Positions 25,501-38,316 of a stretch of DNA of 64,000 bases are shown one piece after another. The stretch covers positions 1 through 64,000 of the forward strand of contig RHPI01003788.1 in NCBI GenBank assembly GCA_009103225.1, given 5' to 3'. Below the pieces are notes generated by a model that searched no databases, was not told the origin of the DNA, and saw only the letters and a program-made list of their open reading frames with translations. This DNA is from Chlorokybus atmophyticus. Its lineage: Eukaryota > Plantae > Mesostigma and Chlorokybus algae. The number at the start of each line of letters is the position of its first letter. Position 1 is the stretch's first letter. A program made the position numbers and the translations under genes.

Positions 25501-25896
25501 GCTATAAAAAGCACGTTTATCATTTAGCTTTTCATTCCATTAACGGAGTTATTCTCTTGGCGCTTACACATATATATATATAATGTTCACATAGTATATA
25601 TTCCACTAGCAAGGGTATTGCGTAATAACCTCAAGCCATGTCGTTGTGTATTGATGTGGCATAAATAAGCCTAATATATTGTTAATAACAATAAAAGAGT
25701 ATATAAAACTCTATATGAGATTTGTAACATGTTTATGCTAGTATCAATGGTATAAGCATGCCAGTAACGAACTATATCCTTGATATAAGACTAAGCCACT
25801 ACAATTTTTAAGCCTTCGCTTTAGTCTTATTACAGATAAGACTATATCACTAGGCGATGATATTTGCCTGTAAAACCATCGGTCTTCAACAAGTGT

Positions 25897-26165
25897 ATGA
25901 ACTTAACGAGGTTAATCTCTTCAACCGAAGTTCGCATCAAGACCCGGCAGCGGACCAGGGACTAGATGAAAGAATCACGAACTAATCACTGGTCCGGCAG
26001 CGAAGCTTGAACCGCAATAAATAATAATTGGCTTTGCGAGTAATTTCCTCAGAAGTGGCTTGTTCTTCTGCTGACGGCACCGGCGACTCACCTATAGCGC
26101 ACGAGGCCGCGGCGGTTGTTAACAAATCTTGAACTTAACGAGGTTATTCTCTTACCCCGAAGTTA
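25897..26165 (+). repeat. Diverged ~230-bp repeat unit, with a second copy at ~48097-48305 on the far side of the Tigger element
   Basis: CGCATCAAGACC..GCAGCGGACCAGGGAC..AGAAGTGGCTTG.TCTTCTGCTGACGGCACCGG..ACTCACCTATAGCGCA.GAGGCCGCGGCG occurs at both sites. TGAACTTAACGAGGTTA is repeated at 25897 and 26130. Confidence 0.75.
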
Positions 26166-28333
26166 TCGAACGGGGGAACAGTCTACTCGGGCTATAAGTA
26201 TCGTCTTTGTAAGTATAAATGCCCTATAAACATGAATTTCTAGGGAACCGATGAATTCCTTGGAAAATGTTGTTGGTTATAAGTAATACACATATTCACA
26301 TAAACATATTTATTTGGGGAAAATCTTACAAGTTTTAGCAGGGAACATACTTTTAAGGAAGTGTACTGTCGACGTCGCAGCGTCACGCAGCGATTTTATG
26401 ACAGCGTCACAAGACCGCTGTGTGACGCTGCTGCGCACGCCAGCCAGCGTCAAGCGGCGGAGATGCGCCGCCGCTTGGCGGCCGCCTTGGGGGGCGGCGC
26501 AGGCGGGGGCGGCGGCGGCAATGGTGCATCATTACCCTCCATAAACATGAACATGGACATGGAGGACGACAGTGACTTCAGCAATGGTTCGGCTGAGGCG
26601 CTGTTTGATGCAGGCGATGGTGCTGATGCTAGTAGCGCTGCGCCTGCACGAGGTGCCGCAGCAAAGCGCGGCGGGCGTGGTGGAGGAGGCCGCAAGTAAG
26701 TTGTGCATCAACATGATTACAAGTGTGACATTCTACAGGTGTGAGTTAATAATTTTTTGTGTATGCGTGCAGCAAGGGCATCAAGCGTCGAGCATACACT
26801 GTCAATGAGAAGCAAGCGATTATTGCATTGGTTAACGCACACCCTGGCGAGAAGCAGAGCGACCTGCAACTCATGATCAACGACAAGTTACGGCTGACAC
26901 TCAGCCAGCCAATACTCTCTGAAATTTTGCGTTCAAAGGATAAGATTGTCAAGGGTATAGCTCAGGCTGGTGAGCGTGGTGTAGTGTTCAAGAAGGTTAG
27001 GCAAGCACATTATTCTGAATTAGAAGCAGCACTGTATGCATGGTTTGGGCAAGCTCTGTTGCGCAAGGCCACATTAACTGATAAGGTCTTAATTGCCAAA
27101 GCACGAGCTCGTACCGATGCCGCTAGTATAGACATAGCATCAAGCTTCTCATTTGCTTCGGGCTGGCTTGCACATGGCGCCTGCAGTGCGTGCCGTTCAC
27201 GGCACAAGCAGTCAACTTTTTCGGCGCAGACGGCACAACCAGGCTCTTCTGTCGGGACTTCTTGGTAGAAAAAGCTGTCCGCGGTCGGTATGCAGCTTGC
27301 AGTCTTGTGCCGGCATCGGCGCCTTTGCTCCCTTGTGCCAGTGACAGCACAAGATAGTCCAAGCTGAAGTCGGCACAATAGAGTTGGTGCCGTGATCGGT
27401 ACAAGGTTCCACATCCCGATCACGGCACGAGACCAGCTATCCGCTGACGGTTCGCCAATCATTGTGCCGCTACCGGTGCAGAAAACTTATGCCGAGAGCG
27501 GCACAGTAGACTTGTACCGTAGCAAAGCAGCAGCCTTCTCTCCACCTGCGCTGTGACCGGCAGCGGATTACATTAGTGGCTTGTGCCGAGAACGGCACAA
27601 CACCCTCGTACCGACCAGCAGCCTTGGAGCTGAGCTGAGCTGGGCCGGAGCTCGAGCTGAGCTGCATTGTTGGAGAAAGAGAAGGAGGCGGCGGCGCGAG
27701 CTGCTGCTGCTGGTTTACTTTGAGAAGCTAGTGGCGTGAGCTACTGCTGCTGCTGCTGCTGAGCTGCTTATGAGAAGAAGCTGTTTCTACCATGAAGCAG
27801 ATCTGCCAGAATCGCACAGCAGCTGGAGCTGGAGCTGAGCTGCGGCAGGTTGGATGAAGCGGTGTCTGGATGCTTGGGTTCTTGAGGACGATAGCTGAGC
27901 TGCTGCTGCTGTTGAACTGAGCTGCTGCTGTGGAGCGGAGCTACTTCTGCTGCAAAGCGGAAGTGCTGCTGCTGCGGAGTAAAACTGTTGCTGCGGCGGA
28001 GCGGAGCTGCTGACAAGCTGCTGCGGAGAAGGAGCTATTTTTGCTCACGAGCTCTTGCTGGCAAGGCCTATGTTAGCTTGATATTGTTGCTTGATTTGCT
28101 CTGTCAGTGAGGCTTGGTCGAGAGTGTTCCCCTTACAGTCTGGTAGCTTGCTGCTGGGCGTCTTGCATGCAGTCTCACATTTTCAAGGTGAATGCTTGCA
28201 GTTGCTCCGTTTCGTTTGCTAAATCCAAGATATCAGTGACCGCTGCTGCCAACTATTAGCCCCCAAGTTGTCCGTCATACGCTGTCACTGTTAGCAGTAT
28301 TCAAGTCCGACTTACACGCTATTATCTGCAGCC

Positions 28334-31291
28334 ATGGCATTACGCATTGTTCAACAGTCTGCATTTCTGCGCGAGCGTGAGCAGTTTGATGAAACGCTTG
28401 CACTAATCAAGCATGCTGGTGGGAAGCCACGCAAAGCCAGTGTACGTGCTAAACGGTCAGTGCTTAAAGAGATGAGGGCCGCCCAGCAAGCGCTTCCAAC
28501 AAACATCAGCCCGCACCTCACTGGAGGAGGAGGTGATTTGCAGCTGCCTGCACCTGCGTTTGCCTTGGAGCATGAGCCTGCACCTGCATTTGCCTTGGAG
28601 CCCGAACCTGCACCTGCATCTGCCTTGGAGCCCGAGCCTACGCCTGAAGATCAACCACACCTGTCCAACCAGCAGACAGCAGAACAATCTTCTCCAGAGA
28701 TGCCGGACTTTGGAGCCGCCGAGCAATCTGATCATTTTGGCAACCAAGAGCCTGAGCCTGAGCAGCCTCCAACCTTCAGTCGCGACCTTTGCCTCTGCTC
28801 CAAGTGCAAAGGCTTGGTAAGTTGCTTCGCTTGGCCTGCGCTGATGAACAAGTGACCATGCATGCACGTTGCTTACACACCCTTACTGTGTCGCAGATCA
28901 TGCAGCCGCGCTTGGTCATCGATGCGCACTTAGCCAAAGACGAGGCGGCCAGACGGCTGAGGAGCATTCCCACTGTGCAACCCACTTTGGACAGCTTTGA
29001 TGCAGACAAGTTGCCTGATCTGCAGCAGGTGTCTACAACTTACCTGGACAAGATAATCGAAATCTCATCCATCCTAGACGAAGCTGGAGTCTCGCAAGAC
29101 TGCTTCAACAAACTGCTCCCTGACCTCTTTAAAGGCGAAAGCTCCCTGATGGCTTTGACTAAGGGATTGTTGGATGAGAAGAGCGAAGGCTTCAAGCTGC
29201 CTACTACTTGCAAGAGCCTGATTGGCATGTTTGAGCGCATGGGGATGCCTTCAACACTGCATTATTCTGTCTGTGCCTGCGGCCACCTGTTCGACAAGCC
29301 CTATCCAAATGCTGAGCTCGTTGTGCAAGACGAAGACTCGGTGCGCTCCAGCTATCGGCAGCGCGAGAAGGAGCGCAAGGCCATGGCAAAAGAACAGTGC
29401 CCAGACTGTAGTCAGAAACGCAAGGAAGGCACGAGCTTCTACTACCTCCCTCCCAGGCCAAGGTTGCATCTCATGTTGGGCGTGCCAACCATCTGTCATC
29501 AATGGCTCCAGGCCTGGCTGCACCGGGAGTAGTGGCTTGACAAAGATCCAGCAGTACCTCCTGCCAGTCAACATGAAATCTGGGATGGAGCTCGTATGAG
29601 GGAGATCTCCGACTTCTTCAACCCCAAGAAGACCTACTGGCTGCCAGTCAGATGCGAGCACTGCCAGACAATTCACAGACCAGGTCACCACTTCACTGAA
29701 GGCGACAGTGATGATGGGCCGCAGTGGAGGTTTCGGTGTCGCACCTGCGAGCATGTCACCTGTCCTTTCAAGCATATGGCCTGCGGTGACCCGAGGAACC
29801 TCATCTTCATTGGCCACTGGGACGGCTTCACCACAGCTAGCACCAGCCCCCGCAACACGCTGATGATCAAAGTGGCCATCTTGAACGGAGGCAAGTTGTT
29901 GAGCGCACAGACGTCTTCGCTTCTTCCTATGGGTTTTGTGCCCAACGATTAGCTTCCCAAGGGGGTTGACAACATGGACCCCTTTCTGAAGCCACTTATA
30001 AACGAGCTCGAATCACTACTGCTTGAGGGCTTCACCTGCAATTATGCCCTCCCCACCTCTGAAGTTTGCCCTGACCTGCACTTTCAAGCAGCCGGTGCTA
30101 CCACGCGCTTGCGTGCGATGCTGCTCATCTGGGCTGGTAATCACCCAGCCCAGTGTCAAATACTGAAGTTGAAAGATGGTGGCATCTTGGGCTACCGCAG
30201 ATGCTGGTGTAAGGCCCAGCCCTACATGGAAGAAGCCCAAAGGCCTGTAAAGCGCAAGGCTGCTCCAGAGTCCGACGACGAGCAGGTAACTGCTTGCAAG
30301 AAGCAGAAGGCTGTTTCCAAGTCCAGCAGCCAGGTAAAGTCTGCTAGCAGGAGTAAGAAGCAGGCGGTTGAGAAGAAGAAGAAGAAGAAGAAGAAGAAGC
30401 AACCTGCCAGCAAGAAGCGTGCTGCTGCATCAACCAGCAATGGTCCAGCTGGTCCTAGCAACTCCCAAGCAGTGGAGCTCAACACCTACCAGAAGAAGGT
30501 CTACCGCTACGATTAGAACTTCATGCACTCACGACATCCATGGCCCGAGAGAGAAGAACAGGTCTTGTCGCCAATACGTCATGTACACAGACACAGCTGG
30601 TGCCTTGTACCGTGACCTTGACACAAGGTTGGCCCTGGTGAAGGCTTTGAGCTCCGACGAAGTATGTATTCCAGCTGACAGACTCCTGCGAAAGTTCATG
30701 TTGCTGCCCAGTCGGCAGACCAAAGCTGGTTCCAAGGCTGACAGAGCTCCGCAACTAGCATATGATCTGCAGAACCCTGACCTGCATGTCAAGGCCGGCG
30801 ATGTTGATGTCCCCATCTGGCCTAAAGTCGGCGAGGTGGTGCAAATACGCGATCAAGCCAAGTCCGTTTGGGACTTGAAGTTGCCCACAGAACCTGCAAT
30901 CGAGTTTTGCATGGAGTTGCAGGAGCAACTCAACGACAGCAATGCACGCGCAACCCAGCAGCCACGTCGCAGTAAGAGAGCAAACACGCGCAAGGCACCT
31001 GCCGTGGATGAAGACTCACAAGAAGACGCCTGCGACGAGGATGATCCGGGACCTTGGTATGCTGTGATTAGGAACATATTAGAGGAGGACAAGCAGGTTG
31101 AGGTCGATTACCTTGCACGCATCGCGCCCGATGTTTGGAGGGTGAACGACAACCACACTGGCGAAGTTGTCGGGAGGCTTACCTTGTGCAAGCTCATGCA
31201 TTGGGTCAAGCTTGATCATGATACTTGGCGCGAGCAGGGCCAGTCCTACCCTCACATCAGCAAGTTTCGCAACTACCATGTGTACGCGTGA
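28334..31291 (+). pseudogene. CACTA Tnp2/TnpD-like transposase, one clear intron (28817-28896), three in-frame TAGs and a frameshift
   Basis: CLCSKCKGL|IMQPRLVIDAH; CACGH; EIWDG; FIGHWDGF; MDPFLKPLINELESL; LRAMLLIWAGNHPAQC. In-frame stops at 29530, 29950 and 30514; frame change at ~30520-30590. Confidence 0.85.
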
Positions 31292-31414
31292 TTAAGGTGA
31301 GCTGTGCCTTGGCATGCAGTCTGGTTTTAAGCAGAAAAGGGCTTGTATATATGTAAAGCAGCATCACTGTAAGTCGCTCCTAAGCCACGCAATCTACACA
31401 TAACTATCACCATA

Positions 31415-34410
31415 CTAGTGCGTGTTGCAACGTGGAGGACCACCTCGTCGTCTCGCTGGAGGTTCAGCTTCTTGTCCGCCAGTGGACTCTGCTGAAGATC
31501 CATGCATGACCAGCGAGAAGCCCCTACCTCTACCTCTGTGCCCATGTCCACGTGGAGCAGAAGGCAGTAGAGCAGGACGAGCAGCTGGAGGTGTAGTATC
31601 CTCGGGAATCGCAGGCAAAGGCATGGCTCCTCTACCTCCAGGCAGCAGAGCGGGAATAGCAATGAGAGGTGAAGAAGGCATTGGAACTGCTTCCAATGCT
31701 TGAGGCACAACGTAGGTTGGAGACACTTGCAACCTATTGAGCTGTGCGCGGTAAGCTGTGATCTCTCTCTCTCGCTCTTGAAGCTGTGCCCTGTACCTCC
31801 TGATCTGCCTGTCACGCTCCTCTACCTGCTCCCTGACACACAGATGTAACTCCGACATGTTGCTCCACCAGGCCTGCAACGTTCTGATCTACCTGACACG
31901 TTCCTGGTACCTCTGTTGCAGATCTGACATTTGCCTCATGAGGTCAATGTCTTGAACTGGGTTTTGTGGGGGTGCTGGCAATATCTGCTGCTGCTGCTGC
32001 AGCTGCTGCGCCAGATACTCCTCTAGCGCGAGGAATGCGTTTCCCGGGGGAACCCCCAGCACCTCCTCCTCCTCCTGCTCCTCATCCTCGCCGGCTTCTG
32101 CAACCACAGCAACCGGTCACCTTTCACAAGCTCACAAAGCATGTAATCCCCATCTTTTGAGCTAATCTTACCGGACCTACCCTCCATGTGTTCTTGGAAT
32201 TCGAATTCTTTCTCTTGCTAACACACATAAACAAGCTCAGTCTCTCCTACAGTCTCTCCTACAGTCTCTCCTGCAGTCTCACACATTCACTGAGAAAAAC
32301 TTACGAGCAATAGCTGGCAGCGGGAGCGGGAGCTGTCGTGGCAGCGGGAGCGGGTTCTTTCTCCTCGTCCTCGTCACTGGAAGCTTGTTCTTCCTGCTCT
32401 TGTTCTTCCGACTCAATTAGAGTAGTGGAAGGTGAAGGCTGTGAGGTCCCCGCAGCAAAATCTGAAGGCTGTGGGGCCACGGTCACCCCTAATAGCGCAG
32501 CCTCCTGCTGTAGCCATAACAGCGCCTCCTCCCTCCTTTTTTTCTCCTCCTGCTCCCTCCTCTTTCTCGTCTCCTCCTCCAGCCTCCTCTTCCGCTCCTC
32601 CGCATGCTGCTCCTTTTCTTCCTCTTCATCCTCCGGCGTCTTCAAGACGAACCCTAAGCGTGCAGCCTCCTGTTGTAGCCGTGCGATCGCCTCCTGTCTC
32701 TTCCTCTCCTCCTCCTCCTTCCTCTTCCTCTCCTCCTCCTCCTTCCTCTTCCTCTCCTCCTCCTCCTTCCTCTTCCTCTCCTCCTCCTCCTTCTTCTTCC
32801 TCTCCTCCTCCTCCTGCCTCCTCCTCTCCTCCTCCAGCTCCTGCTGGCTCCTCGCCTCCACCTCCATCGCCTCGGGTCCCGGCAGCGACTGGAAGCTACT
32901 TGTTAAAGCTTGTTAAAGACCACCCGCCAGCATCCACCTGATCTCCAAGAGGTGCTGCTCGTTGATCTTTACGGTGTTATGGGTCTCGCGCGGCAGAGCT
33001 GAGGGAGTGTTTGCCTCTTTGCGTAATCTGTCCTCCAGCACCTTGCGCTCTTTCTCCAGCTTTTCGCGTGCAGTGCGCAGCTCCTTGTGCTCCCTGGCAG
33101 CTTCTTTCAGAAGAGCCTTGGCTGCTGCCTGCAAGCACATACAACTCAAGGTGAGTGTACCAGTCAGTGTATCCCCTGCAAAATGCACGAAGAGTAAACA
33201 CACCAAAGACCTTGTCCAAGTCTAGCTGTTTTCTTTCAGTCTTCAAGATTTCACGACAAGAATTCATGTTGTCAAGAACAGTCAGCGAGTGTGATCTCTC
33301 CGTTTGGATGGTGTTCCGCAATTGTTGCAAGCTCTGTTTTTCCTCAGCTGCAAGGTCTAGCATTCTCTCCACGCGTTTAGACATTAAAGACATCTTCTTG
33401 ACAGCCTGTGCCATTCGTAAATGTGCACCAATGAAGCGCAAACTGAAGCAATCAAGACCAGGTTGTGGACTTACCTCGTTCAAGTTGTCCACAAGCTCCT
33501 CGGTGGCCAGCACCATGTCCCACGTAGGGTGTGCCAGTTCTGTGGGCTTGACATGCGCCTGCAGGGCAAACGCATTTAGTCAGTCAGTGTGCATCCGTCA
33601 GACCCTACATCCACAAGCTTGGCTGCATGTAGCTGCTTGCTTACACTTCCAGACCGCGTTGCTTTGGTAGACTTTGCTGGCGTTTGTGGAACTGAAGGCT
33701 GGCCGTTCTTCCTGGAGGATGATGCTTGTCTTGGCTTTTTTGCTGGGGTCTCAGCTGCTGGTGGTTCCTCCTCCTCTGATTCCTCCTCATCCGACACCTC
33801 CTGCTCCTCCTCCTGCTCCTCCTCCTTCCCCTTGTCCTTCTGCTCTGATGCAGCTGGATTGGGAGGATGCGTGTACACCCATTTGTGCCCGGTTGAAGTC
33901 TTCTCCAGCTTCCAACCTTCGGGGGGGCCGCTAGGTCCCCAATCTTCCGGTTTTGCCAAGTGCTCACTGTCTTGTATGGGTAGTTACTTCAGCTTTACAG
34001 ATACATAAAAAGACAGAGATGCATACACAGACAGAGATACATACAGCTAGCAGCAGCATACCTACAGCAGCAGCATACATACAGATAGCAGCTTAGACAC
34101 AGACAATAAAACATGCAAAAATGCAACTATGTAAGCATGAACCAAGCAAGCTCACCTTTATCTGCTGCACAACTTGGTCGGTGAGCTGCTGCAACTTGGA
34201 GCCGTGAGGGAGCTTCTCCTTGGGCGTTGCTCCTGGCAGTTTCTCGAACTGTTCAGGGCCCACACAAATCTTGGTGCAGGTGAGGGAGCCAATGTGCTGC
34301 TTGACCTTGCTGACAACGGACCTCTGCAACAAGACTTGACAATATTTGCAGCGCCTAGGCTGCTCTGCACCAGACTGCCATTATGCACTAGCCTCTGCCT
34401 TGCCCTTCAT
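31415..34410 (-). pseudogene. Extra multi-exon gene in the CACTA element: N-terminal BED-like zinc finger plus Glu/Lys/Arg-rich coiled coil
   Basis: MKGKAEASA(Y/*)WQSGAEQPRRCKYCxVLLQRSVVSKVKQHxGSxTC from ATG 34410. GTGAG/GTAAG donors at ~34155, ~33475 and ~32303. EEERKRKEEE repeats at 32690-32830. Confidence 0.6.
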
Positions 34411-34556
34411 GCTTGCTATGCTCAATACGCTGCAACAGCTCAACGCTTCACAAACCGAGGCCACCAAGCACGCCGCCGCCACACACAGGAATAGCCGTTG
34501 TATGTCCTATGTATGCTGCTGTGGCTATTTATTACTNATATTTATTACTCAGAAGT

Positions 34557-34592
34557 CCTAACCCTAACCCTAACCCTAACCCTAACCCTAAC
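34557..34592 (-). repeat. Telomeric (CCTAAC)6 inside the CACTA element; (CCTAAC)4 at 58634-58657 in the second copy
   Basis: Directly visible at the same position in both copies. Confidence 0.95.
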
Positions 34593-34775
34593 TTGTGCGC
34601 AGCTGACTTCTGCGCAGTAAGACTCCGCAGAAGCACAGCTGTCCGCAGTGTTTCGACGGCGGCGGTGGCGGCGGCGGAGGTGGCGGTAGTGAAGGTGGTG
34701 GCGGGAGTGAAATCGGTGGTTGACTATTTTGCGTCTTGGCGTTTCCGGGCCTACTTGCTAGGTTGCGGTGCTGGA

Positions 34776-34809
<34 letters not shown>

Positions 34810-34828
34810 NGTGCTGCTCTCAAGCACA

Positions 34829-37178
34829 ATGTCAGTGTATAGGATGAGCGTAGAGCTTATCTCCAAATGGGTAGCTAAATTGTTGAGAGGGGTTCCAAGT
34901 GCACAAGCAATAGCGGAGAAGTTCAAGGAGGAAGAGATTGATAGAGAAGCTTACTACAGCCTCTCAGCAGAAATTCTTGCACAGATCGCACCTAAGCTGA
35001 GCATTGCTTTGCGGATCCTTGAAGACGTGCAAAAGTTAAACAGGGATGAGCCGAGGTTGCAAGCTGAAGATGAAGAGGAGCAAGACGAGGCGGGAGCACA
35101 ACCTGAGGACACAGGTGTGCTTGCTTTCAACTAGTCTGCTGCCAAGCTGCTGGTGCAACTTAATTGCTCCTGCAGCTGAAGCTCTGCTTGCTCATTGGTA
35201 TGCTTTGGTCTGCAGCTTCAGTTAAGCTGAAGCTACAACTCGATTGAACCTGCGGCTTGGCTGAAGCTGCAGCTTGAGTAAAAGCTGCATATCCGCTTTC
35301 TGCCAAGCAGAGCCTCAGCCAAGCCGCAGCTGCAGTTTAGCTGAAGTGGTAGGTTGGGTGAAGCTCTACTTGCTTTGCTGTATTTTGTACGCTTCGGTCT
35401 GCAGCTTTAATCAAGCAGCAACGTTAGCCAAGCCGCAACTGCAACATAGCTGAAGCTGCAGCTTGGCTGAAGCTCTGCTTGCTTTGCTCTCTTTTGCAAG
35501 TGCCATGCGTTGACTGTTGGCCTTGTGCGCAGGAGCTGTTGATGAAGTTAACTGCGAAGACGAGTTAGAGGCAGTCAAGAAGGCAAAGCTAAAGGAAAAG
35601 TGCTTTGCCCCTGTCGCTGACAAGCCTAGGGGACTAGAGCAAAATGGGCAAGCTTACTTGAAGAAGAAGGACGAGACACAGTGGAGAATACAGGAGGACA
35701 ACCGCAAGCTTCTAATGGAGAAGCTGTGGGCCAAGTTCCCAGACCACTGTGTTGGCAGGAGCTTCAATCGGGCCGGCCCAGATTATGACATGAGGGAGGA
35801 GGTGGTGGCGGATGTAATGCAGAATCACACTCCGCTGGAGATCAACGGACAAACATTGCGCTGGCCTGCAAGTAAGTAGTCTACGTCTGCCTATGTGCAT
35901 GTGCGTCTATATGCCAGCTGCTACCTGCCAAATGTCTTGTGCTTCCTGCAGAATGGCTGCTCACTGCCTCTTGTTTGCTGAATGGATTCGTGAGCAGATC
36001 CGTCGGTTTGTGGATAATGCAAGACGGGGCCATCCATTAACGCCAGGCGAAACGGTAGGCTTGACCCGTGAGCAGCGCAAGGAGAAGATGCGCGCTGCAC
36101 GCGCTGAGAAGTGCGCTGACGCAGAGGAGCCAGCTCCACACCGCTCGCGCACAGACTACGGGCTTGGCCCACATTTCACCGTTGCAGACTTTCCCTCCAG
36201 CCAAAATGCTGTGCTGCTTGCCTTGTTGACTGCTGAGCCGCCTTCTCAAGCGCAGCTGTGTGAGGACTGGGTGGCTGTCAGGTACGCCATGTATCCTCTT
36301 GCACAAGGCTTTGCACCCGCACTCGTAAGGAATTCAAATGCGGCTGGTGCTGCAGACCCGCAGGAGATGTTGCAAGCACCAGCGGCAGCAGCAGCCGCAG
36401 GGTTGTGGCTGTTGGGCGCGGTCAAGTACTGGAAGTACTTGAGCAAGAGACTCCTTGGCGCAGCTACAAAGTGAAGGTGATGGAGTGGTACAACGCCAAG
36501 GGTATCGGTGATCAACGCGTCTACATGCCAGTGCGTGACACGGACGGGTATGCTGGCCAGCTGACCGGGGACGAGCACTTGTGCAGCAATATCTTGGTGA
36601 GCGTAGTAGAGCATGTGCTGCGGCACAGCAGATTGCAAGCGCAACTGCAAGGAAGACTATATGCGTGACATGCACTAATGCGGCTGCTTGAGTGATGCAG
36701 GGACACAGTTGTGCTTGGCCTGCATCCTTGGTAGCCCCGTCTGCAGTCTGCCCTTGCTCAGACTGCTCTTCAGGCGACTGCATTGCAGAAGTCACCCCAA
36801 GATGCGTTCGCGCGCTCGTGGTTGACAAGCGCGTGCAGCCAGAAGACCAGCATGACATTAATCAGAGGGTAAGAACGTTGGAGTGGGTTGTAACGTGTGC
36901 AGCATGCTTGCATGATGCACACTTGTAACAATTCTTGCTTGCAGATCAATCGTTGCTCTGACCACCTCATGCACTTGGCTGGCATCTGCTGCAATACCTT
37001 TTACGCCAATGTTCCCAACCGCGAGAGCTTGCTGGAGGTGTACACTTCCTGGAGGGGGACATACTGGACGCAGATTGGGAGGCTGCCGAAAGAGGACCAT
37101 CTGCTCGCAAAGTTCAGTGACTCGCAGATCGGTCTCATGCTTGTTACATTTGCAGTCAACAAGCGCTGGCTGGTATAG
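34829..37178 (+). CDS. Multi-exon CACTA accessory (TnpA/Tnp1-like) protein with an N-terminal SAM-like domain; intactness unverified
   Basis: KWVAKLL..AEKFKEEEIDREAYYSLSAEILAQIAPKLSIALRILEDVQKL fits the SAM pattern. VAVGRGQVLEV..SYKVKVMEW resembles the Tnp1/En/Spm domain. GT...CAG introns separate the exons. Confidence 0.6.
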
Positions 37179-38316
37179 GATGACTCTGGAGAAGCACGCT
37201 ATGGCTGGCACTGGAATAGTCAAGCCAAGCGACAACCCGGTCCATAATTGGGTACCAAGCTGAAGACCTTCGCTCATTCTTCTTGCAGCAACCAGTATAG
37301 CTTCCATGCAGCTTCCTTGCAGCCGCCAGTCTAGCTTCCTGCTAAAAGTCTGACTTCTTGCTAGCAGTTTAGCTTGCTACCAGCAGTTTAGTTTCCTGGT
37401 AGCAGTTAGCTTCTTGCAAACAATTGGAGCCTATTCTAGTACTAGTTAAGAGTTCATGGTACAATGTAAACTCCATATGAGGTTAAGAATTCTTTGCCAG
37501 GAAAACTGCCTGTAATTTGCCTGCTATATTGTGCTGCTAATTGTGGAATAGAGATGGCTGGGCCGTTATCGGCATGACTGTTGGTCCACCGAGGTCGACA
37601 CACCAGGAGCTTTGCCATCAACGGCACGACTGCTGCTGCTGCTGTGCCGAAGTCGGCAAAAGTGCTACTGTGCCGAAGACGGCAAAAGCGCTGCTTTGCC
37701 GAAGTCGGCAGAAGTGCTATTGTGCCAAAAACGGCAGGATCGTTGCTGTGCCGAAGACGGTAGGATCGCTGCTGTGCCGAAGTCGGCAGAAGTGCTATTG
37801 TGCCGAAAACGGCATAAGCGCTGCTGTGCCGAAGACGGTGGGGTCGCAGCTGTGCCGAAGACGGCAAAAGCGCAGCTGTGCCGAAGACGTTAGAAGTACT
37901 GCTGTGCCGAGGTCGGCCCAACGCAGTTTGCCCTGTCAGCGGCAGTAACCAGCTTGTGCCGGCTGACAGATGGTGACTTACGATCCTCTGCCGGCACAAA
38001 GCGACTTGTGCCGTCTTGGGAGAAGAACTGCTCGCAGAGCTCGAAGGCAGGTGCCGCTGACGGCACAACTGGCTTGTGCCTAGAATGGATTCTGCTGCAG
38101 GCGCCGTGTGTTGATGGTTTCAAAAAGCGTCACGGCATCAAGGCTTATGCATTGCATGGAGAGGCAGGAGATGTTACACAGCATGCTGTGCTTGTGTACA
38201 TGGTGTGCTAATCTGCACGCGCACGCACGCACGCACGCGCAGGTACGCATGCACGCAAATCAGCTTACTCATACGTGCGCATGTATGTATGTGTGAGCTG
38301 TGCTGATCATCATAAC

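Larger units (their letters stand above)
27171..38110 (+). mobile_element. CACTA/EnSpm (CMC)-like DNA transposon, 10,940 bp, three genes
   Basis: 16-bp TIR CACA(T/C)GGCGCCTGCAG (15/16 match), 3-bp TSD TTG, and many subterminal GTGCCG/CGGCAC motifs at 27187-27620 and 37640-38080. Confidence 0.92.

Noticed and set aside
32338-32941. Ser-rich and Pro-rich plus-strand ORFs
   Set aside because: Antisense shadows of the Glu/Lys/Arg-rich minus-strand exon.
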